Source: Octopus sinensis
Taxonomy: Eukaryota
Assembly: GCF_006345805.1 (NCBI RefSeq)
Contig: NC_043010.1
Span: 5,580,001-5,644,000 of the forward strand
Direction: 5' to 3'
DNA length: 64,000 nt
The translations under genes were made by a program, and so were the position numbers. The notes beneath the pieces were generated by a model. It searched no databases and was not told where the DNA came from. It worked only from the letters and a program-made list of their open reading frames with translations. Positions within the stretch are counted from its first letter, which is position 1; every line of letters starts with the position of its first letter. This document shows, piece by piece, positions 26,862-40,711 of this stretch.

Positions 26862-27300
26862 TAAAGCAGCAAGCTGGAAGAATTGTTAGCACATCAGAGG
26901 AAATATTCAGCAGCATTTCATGTTTTTAACATTTTGAATTCAAATTCTGCCAAGGTCGACTTTGCCTTTCATCCTTTCAGGGTCGATAAAATAAGTATCA
27001 GTCAAGCGCTGTGGTTGATGTAAATGACTTATCTCTTCACCTGAACTTGCTGGCCTTGTACCAAAATTTGAAGCCATTATTATAGAATTTTCTAAGGTGG
27101 CAAACTGACAGAATCGTTAGCACACCAGGAAAAATATTCAGCAGCATTTTGTTCATCTTTACATTCTGAGTTCAAATTCCACTAAGGTTGACTTTGCTTT
27201 TCATACATTTGGGGTTGATAAAATAAGTACCAGTTAAGCATTGAGGTTGTTGCCATAGACACCCCGCTTCCCCCAAAATTCAGGCCTTGTGCCTATAACA
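26862..27300 (+). mobile_element. Two tandem diverged SINE family C copies
   Basis: Two units each with gttagcacacc...gagttcaaattc...gactttgcctttcatc...aaataagtaccag. Confidence 0.75.
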
Positions 27301-27708
27301 GAAGGAAATATTACAGGATTTTCTTCTTAAAAATCAAAGATAATCAAAAATCCTGCTCTCTTCCCAGCCTGCTCATCCTGTAGTATATATTTTGGAGGTT
27401 TTATAAAGGTTAAAGAATAATAAATTAAAATGATATCCAAAATTTTCTCATTTTTTCTCACATAATTCATATGATGATTTGACATATCCTTCCCTTTTTT
27501 TGGGGCTTTTTTTTTTTACAGTACTTTTCATTTTCTCTAATCTTTTATATAATTCTTTGATTTTTAGTAGGTTATGAATTGTGCCTAACTCACAGGATGT
27601 CCTAGTAACCATTTCAGAACTTGGAACATTAATTCAGATGCTAGTTTTTTCCATTTCTTCCTTCTTTCCTGTAACATTTCAGTTCTCTCCCTCTCTCCCC
27701 CTCTCCCC

Positions 27709-27741
<33 letters not shown>

Positions 27742-28542
27742 ACTCCACATTTCTCCTTCCCCTAATGCTCTTTCTCACTTTCTCTACATCTTTCTCTACC
27801 CTCTACTATCCTATCTCTCTTTCTCTCTCTACCTTTTTTCTCTTTCCTTATTAGAAAATTCAGTAAAAACATCTTCGCTGAAGGCTGTCATTGATTTAAC
27901 ATTTGCAAAGCTTCAAGTACGTGCAATCTATATATGTACGATACCTTCAGACCTTTCAGATTATTTCTTTTTATTTAACTTTTATAGCCTATGATATGAA
28001 AGAGAGCATAGGTCTACCCAACACAGGCAAAGAACATTGGGGATTATAATAATGAGTACGCTATACCATTTGAGGTGTTAATGTTCTTCGTGGTTTGGCC
28101 TTTTCGGTAATTGTTCTTTGCAAATACAACTGTTGCACATTTAACAATGAACCAGATTTAGTTGGTTTGGGGGAAAAAAGAAAAAATATATATTCTTTGG
28201 TGATAACATAAAACTGAAGAATATTTAAGCAAAATGGAGCAGACACATTTGTTATTCCTAAATATCTGGCATAAAATTTGTAAGAACTAAACCATTTAGA
28301 TAATGAGTTTTTTATTTTTTTATTATTATGTTTTTTTGACACTTTTATAGTTTATGGATGAGAGCAGCACAGGATAAGAGTAACACTGACAGTAGCTTCA
28401 TGTGGCCTTCCCTTTGCAGCATGCAGATAATGGCTCTGAAATGGGTCCTGTATTTAAACCATAAGACACTCTTTGTAGAAAGAACTGATGAATGACTTGA
28501 CTAGTTTCACTCTGTAATTGTTAACTCATCGAATGTGTTTAA

Positions 28543-29429
28543 CCCTTTAGCATCCAGATTACTCAGTTAAATGTAATGCTTATTTATACACATTGCTTTA
28601 AATTAATTTTGAGTCATCTTGGTGTTTTGAAATTTCAGTGATATGATTGTTTATATAAAATATGATGTGCTTGAGAAGACTCGGCAAGCTCAAGTGAGAC
28701 CATAACCTTGTGGCCTATGCCAGGGGTGTAACCAGCCCACTTATGCATATCTTTCCTTCATTGGACACTAAACTCTGCTTGCAAAGACCTGTTGAGACAA
28801 GTGAAATCGAAATCAAAATAAATTCGATAACTGGCATCCATGCTAGTGGAGCACTAAGAGTACCATATGAGTGTGATTGTTGCCAGAGCAACAACCTGGC
28901 CTCCGTGCCGGTGACACGTTAAAAACACCATTCAAGCATGATTATTACCTGCGTCGCCTTACTGGCACTTGTGCTGGTGACACGTGAAAAACATTCGAGC
29001 GAGGTCATTGCCAGTGCTGCTGGACTGGCTCCTGTGCAGGTGGCACATAAAAGGCACCATTTGAGCATGGCTGTTGCCATTACCGCCTGACTGGCCCTCA
29101 TGCCAGCAGCATGTAAAAGCACCCACTACACTCTCAGAGAGGTTGGCGTTAGGAAGGGCGTCCAGCTGTAGAAACTCTGCCAGATCAGACTGAAGTCTGG
29201 TGCAGCCATCTGGTTCACCAGTCCTCAGTCAAATCGTCCAACCCATGCTAGCACGGACAACAGACGTTAAAAACAATGATGATGATGATGATGACGATGA
29301 TGATGATGATGAATTGTTTATTTTAAAAGTGACATTGCAGGATAAGAGCAAAAGGCCAGATCTGGGTAGTTTGAATGTAAAACTGATAGAATATTTTGGC
29401 TGGATATGGTTGGTTTAAATGCTAAAGGG
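28543..29429. mobile_element. piggyBac-type MITE interrupted by an RTE 3' fragment
   Basis: TTAA-CCCTTTAG at left, CTAAAGGG-ATAA at right; homologous to 3162-3378. Confidence 0.75.
28670..29311 (+). mobile_element. RTE-LINE 3' UTR fragment with (GAT)n tail
   Basis: Ends ccaacccatgctagcacggacaacagacgttaaa...(gat)n; flanked by an imperfect 15-16 bp duplication (attgtttat.t.aaa). Confidence 0.8.
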
Positions 29430-29861
29430 ATAAGTTATTTCTTTGAATAGTAAACGATAAAAGCACCTCACAACCAATTATGAAAAATGTTGATTAAAAG
29501 GCATTGATTTTCCTTGTTTGCATATCACTATATTTGGTAGTGGAGGACTAAATTTCTCTAACAGCATGTACTTTTACTATCTTTTACTACTTTCAGTCAT
29601 AGCACTGAGATCATACTGGGACACTATTTTGAGGAGTTTTTAGTTGAACCCATCAACATATACTTTTTAAGGTCTGATACTTATCTTGTTGGTCTCTCTT
29701 CGCATAACCTCTAAGATATGAGAATGTAAAGGAATTAACAACGGTTGTCAAGTGGTGGCGTGGAGAGATGACAGAAACAAACACAATGATACACACACAC
29801 ATACACACTCATATAGACACACACCTATGCATCTATATATATATATATATATATATGTATG

Positions 29862-30058
29862 TAAAAGGGATGACCTGTAAGTGGACATGCATTATGCTAG
29901 AAGAAGATCCGCTATGGTCTTACCACTAAGAAAGGAATGTTCTCAAGAAAAATTTAGCAAACGCCAGAACGTAATTGAGCAAGACAAATGAAAAGATACA
30001 AAATATAGCGGATCTTCTTCTAGCATAATGGATGTCCACTTACAGGTCATCCCTTTTA
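29862..30058. repeat. Foldback, 53-bp arms, 91-nt spacer
   Basis: Arms 29862-29914 and 30006-30058, 1 mismatch, embedded in TA/TG microsatellite. Confidence 0.92.
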
Positions 30059-30079
30059 TATGTATGTATATATACACAC

Positions 30080-30770
30080 AGAGTGTTTTGGCTAAATTTG
30101 ATGATTTTGATGTCTCTTTCTTCAGGAGCAGTTTGACGTATTGGTGAATAGTAAATGCATTGGAGAGTGTAAAGATTAAAGTTGTAATAGAGAAGAAGTT
30201 AGCTGACATGGAAGACTGCATCATGAGGATTTGTGTCAGCAATCAAAAATGCCAGCATCATGACTGCTGCTCAATGCTGTGTAAAGAATGTAAAGGCCAT
30301 AAAACATGACATGGACATCATGAAAACTCGATTCCTCCAAACTGTTATAGTCTTTAGGTGTATTGACAATAAGGATGACGTTATGACAACAAAGCTTCAA
30401 AACAGGGCCTTAGGCACAATTCAGAGAGCTATGAGTAACTGTGTGGAGACTATGGGTCAATCCCTCTTAGAAGGAGTTGCTGTTGGCAGACCAAATGTTT
30501 TGGCAGCGGGATTTGGCTCTTTGCAGTACCTCCCAAAAGAGTCATAAGTGGTTGTCAGATAATTTCTGTAACTTCATCAGCCCCGATTTTTGGCCTCCTA
30601 ATTCTCCTAATTGTAAACCTATGGATTATTGCATGTTGGATGCAGCTGAGAAAAAACACCAACTGTTTTGTCTGCAATGCCAAAGCCAAGCTGGTGGCCA
30701 AGATCAAGAAGCTGTTTGAAGATTTTCCCAAGGACACAATGAGGAATGTGCACATCAAGTTCCATATAAA
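30080..30770 (+). pseudogene. Second maT (DD37D-type) transposase relic
   Basis: Left TIR-like cagagtgttttggctaaatttg; frameshifted MKTRFLQTVIVFRC...DVM and FWQRDLALCSTSQKSHKWLSDNFCNFISPDFWPPNSPNCKPMDY resemble WQQDSAP.H...WPPNSPDCNPMDY. Confidence 0.8.
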
Positions 30771-30804
30771 TATGTTTATATCGAGTGCTACCGGTAACAT
30801 GTAA

Positions 30805-31270
30805 CCCGATACAACCTGTTGTATGGTTGGGTCATCGGCGACTAAACCGGCAACCCCACCAAGCTTTCTTGGTGAGGAGGGTATTTATTGGACACCCTGC
30901 GGAATGAAAAGCAAAACCTGTCAAAGGGCAGAGGAACTCTTGAGAGTCAACGGCCATCCAATAAATGTCTTAAGGCTATATCATGCGCAGGGACATAGAA
31001 ATAATTGGACTGAATACCCGATCGCGCGGTTAAACCATTGGAAGTGAAGGACTCCTCGCCTTTGTTAGGGCATCCTTCTAGGAGAAGGTAACTCAGGTAA
31101 CTGGGATAACTCTGACATAAAACCTGTGGCTCAGTGGTTACCGATGATGTTGACTTGTTCTTCTTTTCGGATTATGGCTGCTGTTGCTTAGTGAGTGGGA
31201 TTGACTCAGTGCACAGCCTTTCCTCACTTTAAAAAAAATCTTCTTGCACAGGCATTGCACGATAACAACA
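30805..31270 (+). mobile_element. GC-richer repeat-like segment, possibly a LINE (RTE) 5' UTR
   Basis: CpG-retaining, abrupt composition change, motif gggcatccttctaggagaaggtaactc recalled from RTE 5' UTRs; no ORF. Confidence 0.35.
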
Positions 31271-31953
31271 TTGATTAAGCTTTATGCAATGGCCATACTC
31301 GATAACAAGGGGGCAGCCATCATGTATGTATGTATGTATGTATGTATGCATGCATGCATGCATGTATGTATGTATGTATGTATGTATGTATGTATGTATG
31401 TATGTATGTATGTATGCATGCATTTATATATGTGTGTATGTATGCATGAATGCATGCATGCATGCATGTATGTATGTATGTATTTATGTATGTATGTATG
31501 TATTATGTATGTATGTATGTATGTGTGAGTGTTTGTATGTATGTATGTATGCATGAATTCTGCTCTATTTAATTTCCTGATAAGTACTCCTAAGCTTCTC
31601 TATTTTCTGCTCTGGTCACCTGTTTTAACCACCACAAATACCTTCCATTAATGTTTTTCTTTGTTTCAGTTACCAAAGCTCAACTTTTGTGTTTTCCTAT
31701 TCCTGTGTATCCACTGTGTCAACTACTAAGAAACATATCCAGTGGCTTTTAATACTATCAGTACTAACAGTTCTATCTCAGGGCATTGAAACTGCCAGAA
31801 TCCTTAGAACAATAGCTGAAGGAAGCAAAATTTACAATATTATTCTTTGTTGCTTTTGTCTGTTTTGAATATTGTTTTTATTGCATGTGTCCATTCCTTA
31901 CATATATGTGTGAGCATGTGCATGTGTATGTGTGTGTACATAGCTCACTTATG

Positions 31954-31986
<33 letters not shown>

Positions 31987-32033
31987 CATATATATCATAC
32001 ATAACAGGTGTGTGTGTATATATATATATATAT

Positions 32034-32071
<38 letters not shown>

Positions 32072-32164
32072 TGTATGTATATATATATGCATATATATAT
32101 ACTTATATATATGTATGTATATATATATATATATGTGTGTGTATGCATATATATATATGTATGT

Positions 32165-33032
32165 ATATCATCATCATCATCATCATCATTTAGCGTCCGT
32201 TTTCCATGCTAGCATGGGTTGGACGGTTCTACTGGGGTCTGTGAAGCCAGGAGGCTTCATCAGGCCCAGTCAAATCTGGCAGTGTTTCTACGGCTGGATG
32301 CCCTTCCAGCTTTTCTCTCAAGGTACTTACACTCTGCCGAGTGTGAGTACTGGCATTACACATCCATCGGAGCATACTGGCTTCATTTCTAGCGAGCTTA
32401 TGCATATCCTCAGCAGTCACGGCCCATGTTTCACTGCCATGTAGCATGCTGTTCGTACACACGCATCATACAGTCTGCCTTTCACTCTGTGCGAGAGCCT
32501 TTTGTCACCAGCAGAGGTAAGAGCTCTCTGAACTTTGCCCAAGCTATTCTTACTCTAGCAGTTACACTTTCAGCACAACACCCGCCCCCCGCTGCTGACT
32601 TGGTCACCTAGGTAACGGAAACTATCAACTATTTCTAGTTTTTCTCCCTGGAAAGTGACGGATTGGTCTCAGAGCATTTTCAGTGTTATTGTTCCTGAGC
32701 ATCTGCCACATACAAAAACCATCTTCCTAGTTAGCCTTCCTTTGACATTGCTGCATCTCTTATGTGTCCATAGCTTACACTTGGTGCATCTTATAGAGTT
32801 TCTACCTACAGACCTTTTTCTACAGATCGAGCAGGGCCATCTACCTGAAGGTGTTTGTGATTTGTCTCCTTCCTACTGATTACTTACGACTTTGGTTTTA
32901 GCTAGATTGACTCTGAGGCCCTTCGATTCTAATCCTTGTTTCCACACCTGAAACTTCTCCTCCAGTTCTGATAGCGACTCAGCAATTAGAGCAAGGTCAT
33001 CAGCATAGAGGAGCTCCCAAGGGCATCCTGTC
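32165..33032 (-). mobile_element. RTE LINE, 5'-truncated and internally deleted, RT domain relic
   Basis: PWELLYADDLALIAESLSELEEKFQVWKQGLESKGLRVNLAKTKV; FRYLGD; LHGSETWAVT; (GAT)n tail. Confidence 0.93.
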
Positions 33033-33309
33033 TTATATATATATTTATATGTATATATACACACATACATAATTTGCTGCTTTTCTTTACACAAACTGAG
33101 AAGATACCTTGCGGAACAATCATTATTTTAATGAGTTATATCTTATCACCTGAGGAGACACATCTGCACCGATGGATGCTCTAAAACCAGTTGTTAACTA
33201 TACCACCTGTGAGGATTCGGTGATAAATGAGATGAAAGAATTGTAGTCATTAATGAAAATCCTCATATCTTCCATCTTCTGTGTCTCTCATTAATCAAAT
33301 ATATATATA

Positions 33310-33521
33310 CAGGGTGGCCAAAAAGTAGGTGTACAATTATCACATAGGCATTTTAAATTTCTTTTAAGGCATTCTATTGCATTTCAATTTCCATCTTACA
33401 ATCAACTAAATTAGCAAAGAATAATGGTTTCATATTCTTTTATAATTAAGATCTAAATTGTTAATATATGAATGTGAAAGAGATAGTTGAAGAACTGTGA
33501 ACCTACTTTTGGGTCACCCTG
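33310..33521. mobile_element. Tc1/mariner-type MITE (212 bp)
   Basis: TA flanks; 26-bp TIRs CAGGGTGGCCAAAAAGTAGGTGTACA versus CAGGGTGACCCAAAAGTAGGTTCACA. Confidence 0.88.
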
Positions 33522-33646
33522 TATATTCCTAAGACCCAAGTCACATCAGTGACAATTATAATTTTCCTTTTTGGTGAAAGAGTGTAAACTGCTGTTTATA
33601 TTAATTATATATATGTGTGAATACACACACACACTGATAGATAGTT

Positions 33647-33736
<90 letters not shown>

Positions 33737-33964
33737 GGATGGATGGATCAATAGATAGATAAATAGATAGGTAATAAATAGATAGATAAAAAAAGATAGA
33801 TAGATAGATATGTTTCTTTATTAGCCACACAGGGCTGCACACAGACAGGACAAATTACAAGGTAGAGCTTTTCTTTTGGGGGTAAAAAAAGGGGGTTTGG
33901 TTTTCGATCAAAAGGGATCGTAAAAGGAAAGAAAGAGGACAAAAAAGGGGGGGATAAACGATAA

Positions 33965-34027
<63 letters not shown>

Positions 34028-34544
34028 TAGATATACATGCATAAGCAATCACACATACACACACACACACTTTCAATCACTCCTATCTATCTACATACAT
34101 AATTTTGACAGAAATGTACTCATAGTTAGCATTAGATGACTGTGAAGAGAAAAAGAACAACTGAAATAAAGAATAACAACTGACATTAGCATTAGGTTAT
34201 CAGTGAAAATGTTTTTTAAAAGCTACATTGAAATATTTCAATTTCGCTATATTGCAATATGAATACTATATGCATAGGAGAAAATATATAGGAAAAGTAG
34301 AAAAGTGTAGATAAAATATACTTCCATGCTTAACTTTCGACTCCAATTTTAACTGATTGTATTTAAAGAGACCACACTGAAGTGTAATGGTATTAATGTG
34401 CTTGGCTCAGTTGAAATTGCTGATTGTATCCTTCAGAATTGCAAATAAAATAAGGAAAAACAAATATCACCATAAATGCATGTATGTGTATATAGAAATA
34501 TATATATATATATATGCCCACACAAACATACACACACATATCTA

Positions 34545-34599
<55 letters not shown>

Positions 34600-35504
34600 A
34601 CATATATACATATATATATACAGGTATATATATGTATATATGTACATATATACATGTACATATATCTATATGTACACATGTATATATATGCATATATGTA
34701 TATACATATATATATACATTTATATGTATATACATACATCTTTATATGTATATATATATATACATATATATATGTATGTATACACACACATGTGTATATA
34801 CAAACATACTTATATACACAAATACATATACACACACACACATATATATATACATATATATGTATGTATATGTATATATGTATGTTTGTGTATATATGTA
34901 TGTATATATATATATATACACACACATACACACACACACACACACATATATATACACACACACACACACATATTGTCTATTGATATTTTTTGTTGCTGTT
35001 GTTGCAGTTGCTATTCTCACCATCAGAATGAACAGACTTTAGTGTATTGTTGTTAAAATTGAGCAAATAACCTTGATCATCCTGATAGGCTTAGCTTTCA
35101 CAGAGTTCTCATCTCATCACAAAGCTTCTATTCAGACAGTGTTGATAAACTGGGTTAAAAAAAAATAGCAATATTAAAAGAAAATATTTTTTCTAAACCT
35201 TGAACCTGCTTTGAATACGTTAGCAAATCTTTGTTGATATTCCATCTTATTTATCATTTCATAATCCAGTTTGTCTATTTTAACCCATTTATGCTTTTCT
35301 GCCTTTGTTATTTTAAAGGAGTAAAGAATTGTACATATTTTTCTTGTACTCAGGCTGGTAAAAACATGCTCTATACCACATCATATTTCTTCTATGTCAT
35401 AGGGTTGTATACAGGACTGAGTATTGTCTTAAGAGAAGGGTAAATTGGACAGTTGCCTAAGGGCTTGGTAAGTCAAGAAACTCAATTCTAATCTATGTAA
35501 ACAG

Positions 35505-35765
35505 TTGATATGTTGTTCGTTCCTTCTCGAGCCATGCCTGGCTCATAGGGCCAGTTTCCTGGTTTCCTTGGTGTATAGGTTTCCCACCTGGACAGGAGGC
35601 TGGTCCATCACAGGTGAGCTGCAAGATGCAGGAGGAAAGAGTGAGAGAAAGTTGTGATGAAAGAGTCAGCAGAAGTTCGCCATTACCTTCCACCACAGCT
35701 GCATGGAGCTTAGATGTTTCACTCATAAACACACACATCACCTGGTCTGAGATTCAAACCCATGC
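35505..35765 (-). mobile_element. SINE family B
   Basis: Homologous to 1135-1331; directly followed by a family A 3' half (35770-35994, +). Confidence 0.8.
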
Positions 35766-36175
35766 ATGTGTGTGTATATGTGTGTGTGTGTGTCTGTGTT
35801 TGTCCCCCAAACATCACTTGACAACCGATCCCAGTGTGTTTATGTCCCCGTAACTTAGTGGTTTAGCAAAAGGGACCGATAGAATAAGTACTAGGCTTAC
35901 AAAGAATACGTCTTGGGGTCGATTTGCTCGAATAAAGGCAGTGCTCCAGCATGGCCACAGTAAAATTATTGAAACAAGTAAAAGAGTAAAAGAGCATATA
36001 TTTCTTTGTCATAACGGTTGCTTGATTTTCTGCTCCTTTAATACTCAACCATCTAATGACCAATGAAAATACATAAAAATAAACTAATTTTCAAGTTAAC
36101 AATAAAGCTATTTTATTTTTAACATCCAAATGCAAACTGTTTATCTTGTTGTCTATGATTGTATTTATTTATCCA

Positions 36176-36216
<41 letters not shown>

Positions 36217-36398
36217 ATATCTATATATCTGTATATATAATATATACATCATGTACCTCCTGCCAACTGGTCTATAGAGTCACCTGTATTGCTAAGAGCA
36301 TTATAGGCACAAAATCAATGGTAACTTCCTGACTAACCATAACCAACAGCTACATTAAATATATGATATATATATTAAATATATGTATATATATGAAT

Positions 36399-36478
<80 letters not shown>

Positions 36479-36626
36479 TATATAAATGTGTGTGTGTGTG
36501 TGTAAATATACGTGTGTGGTATATATGAATATGTATATATGTGTGTGTGTGTATATATATATATAATACACAAGCTCACATACACTCATACATGCATGTA
36601 TGTGCATTTATATATATTGTTTATTA

Positions 36627-36826
36627 TTTTACTTGTTTCAATCATTTGGCTGCAACCATGCTGGAGCACTACTTTTAGTAGAACAAATCAAACTCAGGAC
36701 TTATTCTTTGTAAGCCTAATACTTATTCTATCAGTTTCTTTTGCTGAACTGCTAAGTTACAGGGATGTATACACACCAACATCAGCTGTCTAGTGATGCT
36801 GGGGTGACAAACACATGCACACACAC

Positions 36827-36863
<37 letters not shown>

Positions 36864-37016
36864 TATACGATGAGCTTCTTTCAGTTTTCGTCTACCAAAT
36901 CCACTCACAAGGCTTTGGTCAGCCTGAGGCTATAGTAGAAGACACTTGCCCAAGGTGCTACACAGTGGGACTGAACCTGTAACCATGTGGTTTAGAAGCA
37001 AGCTTCTTACCAAACA
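36627..37016 (-). mobile_element. SINE family A
   Basis: Reverse complement of the family consensus. Confidence 0.88.
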
Positions 37017-37384
37017 CACTCACACACACACATGCCTATGCATGCATAAGCACACTCACACACAAACCCATGTGCACACACACATACACACATATTTTAA
37101 TTCTTGTGATAATTACTTCCAGTCGGCAGCAAACTTCTGCAGTAGCTTGAGAGGCATAAGGTATTAGTGTGAAACCATGGTAACGAAATAACTACAACAC
37201 GAAGCATTTATACTATGAAACCACAACTCTATCTGCAAAAGAATATTGAGCACTTCTGTATTTCAATGGAAAAAAACCAACCATGTTTGTAATTATGTAT
37301 GTATGTATGTATGTATGTATGTATGTATGTATGTATGTATGTATGTATGTATGTAGTATGTATGTATGTATGTATGTATGTATG

Positions 37385-37415
<31 letters not shown>

Positions 37416-38746
37416 ATATGTATGTATGTATGTATGCATGTATGTATGTATGTATGAATGTATGTATGTATGTATGCATGCATACATGTCTGTCTGTTTA
37501 TCTATATGTATGCATGCATGTATGTATGTATATGTGTATGTATGTGTGTATGTATGTGTGTATGTATGTGCGTATGTATGTATGTATGTATGTATGTATG
37601 TATGTATGCATGCATGTGTGTATGTATGCATGCATGTGTGTATGCGTGTTTGTATGTATGCATCTATGGAAATAAGTATGTATTTACATACACACACACA
37701 TAATTATATACAGTAAATTGATCATAAAAAATTGAAATTCCATCTGTTCTTCAGAGTGAATGCTGATTTTGAAAATAAATTATATAATATCAAATGAAAT
37801 GAAAGCTAGAAGATAAATAATATATTTAAAAAAGATAAACGTTGATATTTTTTTGTTCATATTTTTTATAGATTGCATTTATGTTTTTTCCTTGTTTTTT
37901 TTTTTTGAAGTTTTAGAAAATCCTTTTGTTATTTATAAGAACTTTTGATAGTTGCTAATTACTTTTCAATTTTTTCTAAGGAAAAAATACCAAAGAAAGT
38001 CAACAAGGTTTGATGAATATATAAATGCACTTATGTTATCACCATTATCATAAACTTTGATTCAATAGAAAACGGAAATAGATTTTCTACAACTATATAA
38101 TTTCTATAAGAATGACAAAAACAAAAAAAAAATGCTTTTGTTATTGTCGTCTTTATATCTAATGTCTTTCAGAGATATCAGATATTTTAGCAGTTTCTAT
38201 GACATTCTTTGGTAGCAGAAACAAATACAATAAGTCATAAATATCAAACAAACAAAAAACAAAATAAGAAAAAGTAATAAAAGAAAATATCAAGATATTT
38301 TATTGAAAAGCATGTTGCCTTGTAGCAAATGAAGAAGAAAGTAATGATGAAGAATTTATGATTAGAAATAAAAATAAAAATATAACTTCATGTGTATTTT
38401 CTTCCTCCAGAAAAATGTTGGGAAATAACAAAAAAATTGTTGATCTATATATAGCATATGAAGCCTTTCATTAGATGAGAAACATTAAATGATATCGTTG
38501 AGAAGAATCAAATCAACTGATTTTTAGAACTGTAAGAAAAAAAAAAATTACTGGAAAAAAAAAATCATTGATATTTCATATTTTTGGCAATACGTTTAAC
38601 AAATTAACCTTCACAATTGCCAGCTTCTCTCTTTCTCTCATTCTCCCTCTCTCAGTCTCCACTTCTTCTTTCTCATTGCTGTCTTCATCTCTTTTGTCAT
38701 ATCAATTAATCTTTCTGTCTCTTTTACTTGTCACATCTTCATATCT

Positions 38747-38781
<35 letters not shown>

Positions 38782-38782
<1 letters not shown>

Positions 38783-39034
38783 GAGGCGCAATGGCCCAGT
38801 CATTAGGGCAGCAGACTCGCGGTCGTAGGATCGCGGTTTCGATTCTCAGGGGTGGTGATCCCTGCTGTACTCTTTCACCACTCTTTCTCTCACTCTTTTA
38901 TTCTGTTGGCCTGCTTGCTTAGCCAGCGGGGTGGCGTCATTCGAAGGCTAAAACAATGCGAAGGCTAAAACAATGCGAATGCATTGTGACCAGTGATGTG
39001 TAACAACGTCTGATGGTCTAGTCGGTCACGTGAT

Positions 39035-39039
<5 letters not shown>
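38782..39039 (+). mobile_element. SINE family B, internally deleted
   Basis: ggaggcgcaatggcccag...ggtttcgattc head; tail matches the reverse complement of 48830-48950. Confidence 0.85.
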
Positions 39040-39085
<46 letters not shown>

Positions 39086-39771
39086 TATGGGCGTGGCTGT
39101 GTGGTAAGAAGTTTGCATCTTAACCTCATGGTTCTGGGTTCAATTCCACTGCATGACACCTTGGGAAAGTGCTTTCTGCTGTAGCTTCAGGCTGACCAAA
39201 GCCTTGTGAATGAATTTGGTAGACAGAAACTGAAAGAAGCCCATTGTATACATGTATGTATGTATGTATGTGTGTGTTTCTGGCCTTGCGCCTGTATTGG
39301 AAGAGATAATTTTGGTGCATGGTCAGCTAGAAATTTTGAGGAAGGGGCTAGTCACTTGCATCAGCCCCAGTGCTCAACTGGTACATTTTTATCCATCCCG
39401 ACGGGATGAGGGACAAGGTCGGCCTCGGCGGAAATTTGAACTTAGAATGTTAAGTACAGATTGATGGCAAAAGAGTCAGCAGAAGTTCGCCAATACCTTC
39501 TGCTGGAGCCACATGGAGCTTAGGTATTTCACTCATAAACACACACATCGCCCGGTCTGAGATTCGAACCCATGATCCCTCGACCGTTAGTCCGCTGCTC
39601 TAACCACTAGGCCATGTGGAAAGAAGAAAGAAATGCATTGCTAGTATATAGAATACAAAACCTTCTACCTGCTACTCACCCCAATTAGAATGGTTTTAAA
39701 AGATAAATTTGAGAAGGCTGAATCTAAATTAATATGGACCTGCCTATATAGCAAACATTGATTTCAGATTT

Positions 39772-39965
39772 TGGCACAAAGTCATCAATTTCAGGGGAGG
39801 GGTAAGTCAGATATATTGACACCCAGTGCTCAGCTAGTACTTATTTTATCAACCCCGAAAGGATGAAAGGCCAAGTCGACCTTGGTGGAATTTGAATGTA
39901 GAACGTAAAGATGGATGACCTGTCACTAAGCATTTAGCCCTGCATGCTAACAATTCTGCCAGCTT
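39772..39965 (-). mobile_element. SINE family C
   Basis: Reverse complement of the family consensus. Confidence 0.78.
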
Positions 39966-40353
39966 GATATCTTACAGCTAATATTGGCATAGGTGTAGTT
40001 GGTTCTGGGGGCAGAGTGGGTAGTCTACACCAGAGAAACACTTTTATGGGGTAGCACTTTGTGGCTGCTGTACACATTTATACAGACTGTTTGCAGAAAG
40101 AGGGTAGGGTAGGCAGCAAACTCTCAGGGGTTGCCCTGGATAGCACGCACTCTAGCTAAGCTACTGGATCTTGTCTTGTAGAGGGTCAGCATCTGATGAG
40201 ATCTAATCAACTTCCTAACCTCAGAAAGCAAGGTTAGCAGTTTTAATTGTTTCATACATCAAAAATTCTGGGAAAAGGCTATAGTAGAAGACATTTGCCC
40301 AAGGTGCCACACAATGTGACTGAACTTTGGGAGGCAAATTTCTAACTACACAG

Positions 40354-40711
40354 GAGGCGCAATGGCCCAGTGGTTAGGGCAGCGAACTCGCGATCGTAGG
40401 ATCGCGGTTTCGATTCCCAAGCCGGGCGTTGTGAGTGTTTATTGAGCGAAAACACTTAAAAAGCTCCACGAGGCTCCGGCTGGGGGTCGTGATCCCTGCT
40501 GTACTCTTACTACTGTGCAGGTGGCACGTAAAAAGCACCCACTACACTCACGGAGTGGTTGGCGTTAGGAAGGGCATCCAGCTGTAGAAACATTGCCAGA
40601 TAAGACTGGAGCCTGGTGCAGCCTTCTGGCTTCCCAGACCCCCGGTTGAACCGTCCAACCCATGCTAGCATGGAAAACGGACGTTAAATGATGATGATGA
40701 TGATGATGATG
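40354..40711 (+). mobile_element. Chimeric insertion: SINE B head fused to an RTE 3' end, flanked by a 99-bp direct repeat
   Basis: tRNA head to about 40510, then RTE terminus and (GAT)n; repeats at 40255-40353 and 40712-40810 with 4 mismatches. Confidence 0.88.

Noticed and set aside
27855-27916. Candidate plus exon NSVKTSSLKAVIDLTFAKLQ
   Set aside because: The polypyrimidine tract is a CT microsatellite; the peptide is unrecognised; no partner exon.
33145-33200. Possible hammerhead CTGAGGA...TAAAACCAGTT
   Set aside because: G12 is missing and stems I and II are poorly paired; too degenerate to call.
34387-35056. Longest ORFs in the track (180-198 aa)
   Set aside because: Pure TA/CA/TATC microsatellite translations.
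40192-40232. CTGATGA followed by GAAA
   Set aside because: No convincing stem II, stem III or stem I.
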